IMG/VR virus record: IMGVR_UViG_3300028549_000507
Location: 136,252 to 200,251 of that record
Strand: one strand, 5' to 3'
Origin: a virus
Taxonomy: Duplodnaviria; Caudoviricetes
DNA length: 64,000 nt
Part shown: positions 51,206 through 58,258 of the stretch, piece by piece
Layout of the letters: each line of letters starts with the position of its first letter
Position numbering within the stretch: the first letter of the stretch is position 1
The notes under the pieces: model-generated
What the model was told of the DNA's origin: nothing
What the model saw: the letters and a program-made list of their open reading frames with translations, nothing else
The model's database searches: none
Translations under genes and position numbers: made by a program

Positions 51206-51882
51206 TTACGTTTTAATATAACTCTATTACTTTCATCTATATAGATTATATTCTTTTTAGAATATCTGAAATTAAGCTTATTCTTAAATCCTATAAATAA
51301 ATAGCTAACTCCATCAGAATGAGTATAATTATCAAATAGATTTATAGTTGTAGACTTATTATGTATTTTCAACGAGTATGATAGTGTATTTTGAAATGAG
51401 AGTAATTCTTTTGAAAATCCCAAACCTCTACACAATTGAGTTACTCTATATTCACCAACCCCATAAATTTCTACAAGCGTTTTTGTATGATGATTTTGTA
51501 CAAATTTTCCAAAATATATACCCAATAAAGTAGGTACACTAATTTTACAATTAGTAGATAAAAGACCTGAATTTTCTCTATTTGAATTTGATTTTTTAGA
51601 GTTTTCACTTCTAGATATAATTTTTAAATTTGATATGTCATCATTTTTAAAATCTTCATCAATATGATCCACAGTATCATCATTCTGATTTCCCCTACTT
51701 GTGCTCATTATCTTCATATAATGAGCTTCAACTCTCCATGCTGCAGTTTGTCTAAATCGTTGTTTAAGTCTTTCAAAACGCAACAATGAAAATTTTCTAC
51801 CACGATTCAAATACTCTCTACAAAACACAACCTTATCAGAATAAAGTATTTCTATATTCCTAATTTCTTCTTGTGTCAACAT
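51196..51882 (-). CDS. HNH homing endonuclease
   Basis: TVDHIDEDFKNDDISNLKIISRSENSKK (HNH_3-type); its stop codon lies inside the 5' end of tRNA-Arg. Confidence 0.85.
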   Translation of the reverse strand: MLTQEEIRNIEILYSDKVVFCREYLNRGRKFSLLRFERLKQRFRQTAAWRVEAHYMKIMSTSRGNQNDDTVDHIDEDFKNDDISNLKIISRSENSKKSNSNRENSGLLSTNCKISVPTLLGIYFGKFVQNHHTKTLVEIYGVGEYRVTQLCRGLGFSKELLSFQNTLSYSLKIHNKSTTINLFDNYTHSDGVSYLFIGFKNKLNFRYSKKNIIYIDESNRVILKRKSQ

Positions 51883-51906
51883 ATTAACCTCGATTGTTTA
51901 ACCAAA

Positions 51907-51926
51907 ATTATATATATATTCTCAAA
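51907..51926 (-). promoter_or_regulatory. Early-type promoter motif
   Basis: Minus strand TTTTGAGAATATATATATAAT. Confidence 0.5.
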
Positions 51927-51947
51927 ATGAAATTAAAAAAAAAGGTA

Positions 51948-52021
51948 TGGGCTGTCCGGAACTCGAATCCGGAACATACCGCTTATGAGACGGATTTTCT
52001 AACCGATTGAAATAACAGCCC
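51948..52021 (-). tRNA. tRNA with CAU anticodon (Met or Ile2), no encoded CCA
   Basis: Acceptor GGGCTGT/ACAGCCC, D stem TTTC/GAAA, loop CTCATAA, T stem CCGGA/TCCGG with TTCGAGT. Confidence 0.88.
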
Positions 52022-52037
52022 ATATTAAATTATTTTA

Positions 52038-52067
52038 AGGGAATATAACCAACTGAGTTACTTCCCC
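52038..52067 (-). pseudogene. Internally deleted tRNA remnant
   Basis: Minus strand GGGGAAGTAACTCAGTTGGTTA-TATTCCCT: tRNA-like 5' acceptor strand and D arm joined directly to a 3' acceptor strand. Confidence 0.6.
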
Positions 52068-52083
52068 ATTAAACTTCTTTCTA

Positions 52084-52095
52084 CAATAAAATGTC
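52084..52095 (-). promoter_or_regulatory. Late-type promoter motif for the tRNA cluster
   Basis: GACA TTTTAT TG. Confidence 0.5.
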
Positions 52096-52112
52096 TTTCG
52101 ATAAATTATTTT

Positions 52113-52646
52113 TTATTTATCTAAACATTCATTGTCTATATAATTATAAATGAATTCACGTTCTAAACTATCCATTGTAAGATTCCACTCACTCTTTATA
52201 GTTATCCACTTAAAAAGATACTCACATCCATTATACTTAGGCATCCATTGCGATGGATCTTTAGAACCCTTAGATCTATTTGCAGATATACTTGTTACAA
52301 TAAGATGATAATCTCTTTTGGTATAATTAAAATATCGTTTCTTAAGCTCTTTGCCCCAATTATCCCCACCAGATACATACGCCTCGTATAATGGAACAGT
52401 ATGATCTATATCAACTTTTGTCGGATCGGTAATAACTTTTCCAGTATATGGACAAACCCATTCACCAGAAATAACCTTATTATCTTTAATAACCAACTTT
52501 TCAGGATTTGATTCTTTTATAAGAACTTCTGTTCTTACGTTAACTCCATCCTTATCATCATCACTCCAAGTTCCCCAAGTATTTCTATCATAGTCAGAAG
52601 CAATAATGATAGTCATAATGAGTAATAAATAAATAACACTTTTCAC
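52113..52646 (-). CDS. Secreted HNH-family (DUF1524 / GmrSD C-terminal-like) nuclease
   Basis: DIDHTVPL...HLIVTSISANRSKGSKDPSQWMP; GTG start after GAAAGG gives signal peptide MKSVIYLLLIMTIIIA (track start 52697). Confidence 0.82.
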   Translation of the reverse strand: MKSVIYLLLIMTIIIASDYDRNTWGTWSDDDKDGVNVRTEVLIKESNPEKLVIKDNKVISGEWVCPYTGKVITDPTKVDIDHTVPLYEAYVSGGDNWGKELKKRYFNYTKRDYHLIVTSISANRSKGSKDPSQWMPKYNGCEYLFKWITIKSEWNLTMDSLEREFIYNYIDNECLDK

Positions 52647-52700
52647 AATAAAACCTTTCAATAAAAAAAAGTAGACCACATAATGTAGTCTACTCAAAAT

Positions 52701-52961
52701 TTAATACTTAATAACTGATTCCTGTAGTAATTCGAAGTCATCAAAATCATTATACATATACCCATCAGCATCGAATGTTTGTTCCAATTGATCGTATGGT
52801 TGATGACGTAAACAATCACAAACCTCCATCAATGATTCATTGAATATAGGGTAATCTCTTAGATCTTTATAACATAGAGTATTGTGAGAGATTTCTACAG
52901 CTCTATCAAACTCTTCTGCCGTTAAGTCTCCTGGTTTCCAATTTTTAAAATGCGCTTCCAT
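52701..52961 (-). CDS. Hypothetical acidic protein
   Basis: 86 aa, GAGGAG RBS. Confidence 0.75.
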   Translation of the reverse strand: MEAHFKNWKPGDLTAEEFDRAVEISHNTLCYKDLRDYPIFNESLMEVCDCLRHQPYDQLEQTFDADGYMYNDFDDFELLQESVIKY

Positions 52962-52997
52962 ATAAGTTCTCCTCGTAATGTCTAATATCGATCAATA

Positions 52998-53774
52998 CTA
53001 GACTCTGGTTTTTGATAAATAGTTTTTAACTTTTACTAAATCTGCGGCAACAGTCGGGTCAACCATTATAACATTTGATAAGAAATCACTCAATTGATCA
53101 GGAGCCTGGTTATTAAATTCCGAATCGGAAACGATATTGTAAAAATCGATACTATTCAATTTTGACTTATCAGTTATATATTTCCAATATGTATATATAA
53201 TACTTTCAGAAGCACCCATTCTACGAAGATTCTCATTCATCCTAATACCAAAGACTTTCTTACAATCACCAGATCTAATCTTAGATAACTGATGTTCATT
53301 ATACCATCCTTGTATATTTTTCATGATCTCATTTTCCATACTAGAAAAGTCGACATCAATACATATCGCAGTATGATTATGCTCAACAGTATGTAGTATA
53401 AATCTACCATCAATATCATGAGAATATACAAGTTTATATTTCAAGTAGAATCTATTATTAAACTGATTGTAGGTTTCGTAAGTTAACCTGTCAAATTTCC
53501 CAAGATATGATACGAGCATATCATAATCATCGAGATCTTCTTTAGTAACCATTACGATGTCATCAAAAATAACACCTTCCGGTGAGATTTTTCCAAATAA
53601 AATACCGACTTCAGTAAGAATCGATACGTTATGATGGATATCGAACAATCTAATTTTACAAGTATCACCATGTAGCGAAATACCATAATTAGACAATATC
53701 GATCGGAACTCTCCATGTGAGTTTGCACTTAAGAACTCACATATTGGATTTGATTTAAATGTTAAGTATTGCAT
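52998..53774 (-). CDS. Hypothetical early protein
   Basis: 258 aa, GGAGGAG RBS, early-type promoter upstream. Confidence 0.8.
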   Translation of the reverse strand: MQYLTFKSNPICEFLSANSHGEFRSILSNYGISLHGDTCKIRLFDIHHNVSILTEVGILFGKISPEGVIFDDIVMVTKEDLDDYDMLVSYLGKFDRLTYETYNQFNNRFYLKYKLVYSHDIDGRFILHTVEHNHTAICIDVDFSSMENEIMKNIQGWYNEHQLSKIRSGDCKKVFGIRMNENLRRMGASESIIYTYWKYITDKSKLNSIDFYNIVSDSEFNNQAPDQLSDFLSNVIMVDPTVAADLVKVKNYLSKTRV

Positions 53775-53825
53775 TGAATACTCTCCTCCTGTTAGGTTTA
53801 GTGAAGAAATCTACTCAGATAACCT

Positions 53826-53846
53826 CAGTATTATATATATAATTAA
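53826..53846 (-). promoter_or_regulatory. Early-type promoter motif
   Basis: Minus strand TTTAATTATATATATAATACTG. Confidence 0.6.
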
Positions 53847-53854
53847 AATAAACA

Positions 53855-53890
53855 TTAAATATCTAGGGAAATTAATCCCCAGATATTTAA
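53855..53890. terminator. Hairpin terminator downstream of the helicase
   Basis: TTAAATATCTAGGGA...TCCCCAGATATTTAA, imperfect inverted repeat. Confidence 0.65.
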
Positions 53891-53994
53891 TATAGGAGAG
53901 CAACAGTTAAGATGTCTTACAATAAACGGAGGGAAAATTGTAAGACAAATTTGATAGGTAAAATAAGGGCAGTCTACTTATCATTATTATGTTA

Positions 53995-55668
53995 TTATAC
54001 AAGATCGTCGCTCGAGAATATAGCATTAGCTTGAACAGATTCAGTATTAGATCTAAGATTATTCTTAGTTCCACCTCTATTAAAACGAATCTCTTTACTT
54101 CTAACAGTATTATTATCATTACTCACACCGGCAGTTTCAGCAATAGAATCTACTGATAGAGATTTATTTCCTAGTAAATCATCTGTAAGATAGAATCTAT
54201 TTACCAATTGGTGAGCAAAGTATTCTACAGGAGTTCTTTTATATCGACATTTACCTTTCTTAAATCCTAAGAAAGATTCTCCAGTATATATAGAAACTTC
54301 TGGAGCAATATATAGCGAGAAGTCAATAGCGTCTTCAACACCATGTGCTTCTGTTAAATGCTGTCTACCAAGTCCTTTAACTTTATCAACACCACCACGT
54401 TCTTCAACATCTGTAAGTAATTTATCACCATCTCTGTTTGTATGGTGAGCCGTAACAAGAACCATCTCAGGTCTCATTGCAACAATCTCATGCAAATCGG
54501 TAGCGATATTAATAGTTTTAACACGAGGATCTGGATTTGCCAAATCATCTCGCATAATTCTCATATAGTCAACAATAGTAGCAATAACAACACACCCTCT
54601 TGATTCCAACTCATCGATTCGATACTCTAAATCAGATGGACTAAATCTTCCGGCTTTACCATAGATCATACAAATATCTACAATAGAATTTGTACTATAT
54701 ACAGATTGTTTCCATAGATCTTCGGCTTCTTCAAGAGTATTTATCTCGCCCATATTTTTCTTAACATACATAGAGAAAAGGCGCTCAGTATTTTCATCCC
54801 AAGTATTTTCAAGAGATACCACTAATACGGTAGGTCTCTTACCATTCTCCTTATATTTTTCAAGATACAGATGACCGTTATACAATTGTATCCATTTTGC
54901 AATGTACAATAGTAGACCAGTTTTAAATGAGTTAGTAGGTGCATTTACGACATACATCTTACCAGTTAAGAATCCACCCTCATCACTCAGAAATTCATTA
55001 AATTTCTTCAACCCAGTCCTTAGTGCTCTAGTTTTTCTTTTAGACATTTTAAATACCGTCTTAAAGAATTTTGTACTAAAGTCAGGATCATTAATGGATA
55101 CCGGTTCAGATGTATTCAATCCATCATTACTCAATGTCTTATGGAGCTTCATATGTAGTTCGGCAATTTGTTTTTCAAACTCATCAACTACAGTATTGAT
55201 ACCATTAACACTTCCAGATTCAATATTTCTAAATGACTCAACAATAGAATCCTGATAGTCCAAAATAAAACCGATTTTAGAATACGTAGAAACCACGTTC
55301 AGTATCATAGAAATCTCTTGATCCGGCATCAAAACTTTACCGATAATTATAGGTTCTATCATACCTTTGATAGTTTCTTCATTATCAGCATTAGATATAC
55401 TCGCTTCGATTAGACTTGTTATAAGATGATTATCTTTCACATCATCAAATTTACAATTTATAGTCATCTCAAGAGCTTTTAAGATAGAGAATACTTCTGG
55501 ATCTTTTGAATAATATTGAATGTCAATCATTTTCAAAAGAGTATGAATCATCGTTAACTTAGAAGAACTAAGTTCTCCATGAACAATAATCTTCAATAAA
55601 GCTAGTAGGAATCTACTATTTACAACTGTCGGGATTTTAAGAAGCTTCTTTTTAGGTTTCTTAAACAT
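53995..55668 (-). CDS. dnaB: DnaB-like replicative helicase (phiKZ family type)
   Basis: Walker A variant NAPTNSFKT, SLENT, Walker B IVDYMRIM, VTAH, GKCRYKR. Confidence 0.88.
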   Translation of the reverse strand: MFKKPKKKLLKIPTVVNSRFLLALLKIIVHGELSSSKLTMIHTLLKMIDIQYYSKDPEVFSILKALEMTINCKFDDVKDNHLITSLIEASISNADNEETIKGMIEPIIIGKVLMPDQEISMILNVVSTYSKIGFILDYQDSIVESFRNIESGSVNGINTVVDEFEKQIAELHMKLHKTLSNDGLNTSEPVSINDPDFSTKFFKTVFKMSKRKTRALRTGLKKFNEFLSDEGGFLTGKMYVVNAPTNSFKTGLLLYIAKWIQLYNGHLYLEKYKENGKRPTVLVVSLENTWDENTERLFSMYVKKNMGEINTLEEAEDLWKQSVYSTNSIVDICMIYGKAGRFSPSDLEYRIDELESRGCVVIATIVDYMRIMRDDLANPDPRVKTINIATDLHEIVAMRPEMVLVTAHHTNRDGDKLLTDVEERGGVDKVKGLGRQHLTEAHGVEDAIDFSLYIAPEVSIYTGESFLGFKKGKCRYKRTPVEYFAHQLVNRFYLTDDLLGNKSLSVDSIAETAGVSNDNNTVRSKEIRFNRGGTKNNLRSNTESVQANAIFSSDDLV

Positions 55669-55683
55669 ACTTTACCACCGTGG

Positions 55684-56754
55684 TTAATTATTATTTAAGT
55701 CATCACCTACAAGATACTTCTCTATCACTTTTCCAGTTATAACTTTCCCAATTATATGGGAAATATTCATATTAACTTTTCTACTAACTTTAGAATTAAG
55801 TTGAATAAACTCCATAACTACTTCATCCAAAAGTTTAGTTTCTTTCGGATTCTCTTTCATAGATACTCCGAGTTTGCCAATAATAATTTTCCCACCTTTA
55901 TTACTTATTAGTGGGGAATCTTTTTCAACTTTATACACATTGATTGTTCTACTCACAAATGATGGGATAATTAATCCTTCACCTTTGTCAATAAATTTTT
56001 GTACAACCAATTCAACAATCTTAAATCTATCATCGAACAAAGATTCTTCAACAGTTCCCAAAGCACCATCATCATTAAACTTCTTACTATAATCAACACT
56101 CAACCCTGAATTAGTTGTTATATCTCGTACAACAATACCCTTTGGCTGAATGATTTTTATATTGGAATGAGATGAATAGTTATTAAAGTTCTGGTAATTT
56201 GCAGACATTCTTATTGAATATAAGTTATCCGGATGGATTTGAGATTCAAATACAGAAGATTTTAGTTTAGCTATTACAAAAATATCCTCAAATTCGAGTT
56301 TCGCTTCCTTACAAATATCCTTATAAGCCTTAGAAATAAGATTTACAAGTTCATTAGTCTCTTCCAGCTTATCTGGAACATAGCAAACATTGATATTAAC
56401 CCAGTGACTTACCTTAATATTAGATACATAAGGCCCTTTAATCTCTATAGGATTATAGATATTAATAAATTCAGGATGTTCCATTGTAAACTCTGGTAAG
56501 ATTACATTTTCAACTCTATCGCTGAGCAATTGTACGTGTTTAGATGAAAGCTGTTGAACGTTCATTATAACACTTACAAAGAAGTGAATAGATCTTACAG
56601 TATCTGTCACCTTGTAATTTGGCAATTTAGATACTTTACCATTTACTGTTGGTACTAAAACATTTGAATTTTTATCAAAAGTAACTCCAATAACATTCAG
56701 TCCAGATCCTCCTTTATTCATAATTGATTGATGAATAGTTGAACCTTTTAACAT
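55684..56754 (-). CDS. Hypothetical protein upstream of the helicase
   Basis: GAGGAGG RBS before MLKGSTIH (track start 56775); no family recognised with confidence. Confidence 0.8.
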   Translation of the reverse strand: MLKGSTIHQSIMNKGGSGLNVIGVTFDKNSNVLVPTVNGKVSKLPNYKVTDTVRSIHFFVSVIMNVQQLSSKHVQLLSDRVENVILPEFTMEHPEFINIYNPIEIKGPYVSNIKVSHWVNINVCYVPDKLEETNELVNLISKAYKDICKEAKLEFEDIFVIAKLKSSVFESQIHPDNLYSIRMSANYQNFNNYSSHSNIKIIQPKGIVVRDITTNSGLSVDYSKKFNDDGALGTVEESLFDDRFKIVELVVQKFIDKGEGLIIPSFVSRTINVYKVEKDSPLISNKGGKIIIGKLGVSMKENPKETKLLDEVVMEFIQLNSKVSRKVNMNISHIIGKVITGKVIEKYLVGDDLNNN

Positions 56755-56800
56755 GCTTTCCTCCTCTGGAAACATTTAAATTTAATTTAAGATTTCTTAA

Positions 56801-56812
56801 CATTACTATGTT
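56801..56812 (-). promoter_or_regulatory. Late-type promoter motif
   Basis: AACA TAGTAA TG. Confidence 0.6.
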
Positions 56813-56974
56813 TTGCCAGTAATGTTTTTATATATCTTCTGTGGAATCTTATTTTTATTATTTACTGTGATATATTGCTTTTATGCATATCCCCCGTAAT
56901 TTTTTATATTATCCACCCTAGGAGATATATATATCCTATTTTACATATTAAAAATAAAAAAAATATGGGCCTTT

Positions 56975-57188
56975 GTTTTCTCACGATAGTTAGAATACTA
57001 TTAGTATCATCTTACGACGATCGTCGTTATACAGATAGTACTATTTACAGTGACTATCATATCGGCCCTGCGGGCGGTGTTCATATGTGCCCCTTCGGGG
57101 TTTCAACTAGTACCATTGTTCCGACCCCAGTCGATCGGTGGTTGATCGTCGCAAGCTAGATCAACCGTATCGATTTTGGAGAGAAAGC
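56975..57188 (-). ncRNA. Candidate structured non-coding RNA (~215 nt), family unknown
   Basis: GC-rich non-coding island; ends pair (GCTTTCTC/GAGAAAAC); internal stems GGTTGATC/GATCAACC, CCCC-GAA-GGGG, GCCC-GCA-GGGC, GATAGT..ACTATC, ACGACG-AT-CGTCGT; early-type promoter just upstream and U-rich tract downstream. Confidence 0.6.
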
Positions 57189-57190
57189 TA

Positions 57191-57204
57191 ATATTATATA
57201 TGTA
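57191..57204 (-). promoter_or_regulatory. Early-type promoter motif in front of the ncRNA candidate
   Basis: Minus strand TACATATATAATAT. Confidence 0.55.
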
Positions 57205-57230
57205 TACAAGGGTATAAAACCAATGTATAA

Positions 57231-57767
57231 TTACAAATAACTCCAGTAAAAACCGAAGGATTTAGAGCCACTATATATGGCATTTTGTATAACTCTATCA
57301 TTATAAAACATATCATGAACGCTTGTATACAACTGTAACAGGTTTCCATTGTCATCAAACCTTCCTACAAGTCCTTTGGGTATGTAATCTTGTATAATAG
57401 ACAGTTCTCTATAGTATTTATAGATATTACTTGATGGATTATTAATGAAATCCTTTTCAATATCAAAGAATGTATTCTCATTATCCATTATAGTACTTAA
57501 TACTGACGATTCATTTGATGTAGTGTATACTCTTCCTAATCCGCATATGTATGTGGGGAAATCAAAATTAGGTTTTAAGTAAGCCATGTCATTTAGATAT
57601 CGCCAGATACAACCATCTATGGAGTATTTCCCTCCATATGCGTAAATCTTACCTTTGCAGCATTCTAAAACCTTCTTATAATCGAATTCTTCAGAATCTA
57701 TATCTGTTAATGAGTTATAGATTCTCTCAATAGTTCTGGTATATGTGTTAATTCTAAGTATTCTCAT
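57231..57767 (-). CDS. NUMOD1-like tandem DNA-binding repeat protein with no evident nuclease domain
   Basis: RIYNSLTD...LECCKGK...GCIWRY and RFDDNGNLLQLYTSVHD...GFYWSY resemble NUMOD1 / IENR1 modules. Confidence 0.7.
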   Translation of the reverse strand: MRILRINTYTRTIERIYNSLTDIDSEEFDYKKVLECCKGKIYAYGGKYSIDGCIWRYLNDMAYLKPNFDFPTYICGLGRVYTTSNESSVLSTIMDNENTFFDIEKDFINNPSSNIYKYYRELSIIQDYIPKGLVGRFDDNGNLLQLYTSVHDMFYNDRVIQNAIYSGSKSFGFYWSYL

Positions 57768-57790
57768 ACTAACTCCTTTTAATTATTCAG

Positions 57791-57810
57791 TAGTTAATAT
57801 ATATTTTAAA
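57791..57810 (-). promoter_or_regulatory. Early-type promoter motif
   Basis: Minus strand TTTAAAATATATATTAACTA. Confidence 0.5.
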
Positions 57811-57827
57811 CTATATTTAGATAAAAA

Positions 57828-57846
57828 AAAGGGTGGTTAGCCCTTT
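57828..57846 (-). terminator. Intrinsic terminator
   Basis: AAAGGG-TGGTTAG-CCCTTT followed by a T8 tract on the minus strand. Confidence 0.7.
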
Positions 57847-57852
57847 ATAACT

Positions 57853-58086
57853 TTAGTTAGATCTAACAGGTTTGAATCTGTTAAAATCGTCACAAAGTTT
57901 GATTACTTCCATTGTTGGAAGTCCTGTGACTGATGACATATTTACACTATGACCGTGTAAATATTGTAGAACAGCATCTTCAGCAGAATACGCCTGCGGA
58001 GCATTCGACCCGTAGATCGAATGCTCAATAGCTGTGGAAAGAACCCACTGTGAAATGTGATTCTTTCCTGAAATGTTAATACCCAT
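57853..58086 (-). CDS. Small early hypothetical protein
   Basis: 77 aa; AAGGAGATTACC-ATG leader identical to that of 49815-50003. Confidence 0.75.
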   Translation of the reverse strand: MGINISGKNHISQWVLSTAIEHSIYGSNAPQAYSAEDAVLQYLHGHSVNMSSVTGLPTMEVIKLCDDFNRFKPVRSN

Positions 58087-58112
58087 GGTAATCTCCTTAA
58101 TAATTGTTTATA

Positions 58113-58196
58113 TTACTCACTACTAAATACAGATGTATAAATGTCTTTATTACATATTATCTATACACCCTTACTCACAATTAAATATACACATCA
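58113..58196 (-). promoter_or_regulatory. Tandem early-type promoter-like direct repeats
   Basis: TTACTCACTACTAAATA (58113) and TTACTCACAATTAAATA (58171); the second reads TGATGTGTATATTTAATTGTG on the minus strand, like the motif at 50062. Confidence 0.5.
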
Positions 58197-58223
58197 GTTA
58201 AGGTTTAAAAAAACCATTTTAAA

Positions 58224-58253
58224 TAATAGAGAGGGATTTCTCCCTCTCTATTA
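58224..58253 (-). terminator. Intrinsic terminator (GAAA loop on minus strand)
   Basis: TAATAGAGAGGGA-TTTC-TCCCTCTCTATTA. Confidence 0.85.
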
Positions 58254-58258
58254 CTAAC

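Noticed and set aside
55684-56754. Tandem degenerate Nudix fold
   Set aside because: Only vague strand-pattern similarity and no Nudix box; not supportable without HHpred
57060-57080. Similarity of CCGC..GCAGGGCCGA to the Bacillus SRP Alu domain
   Set aside because: The complementary partner strand and the helix-8 GGAA/GNRA S-domain signature are missing; likely chance
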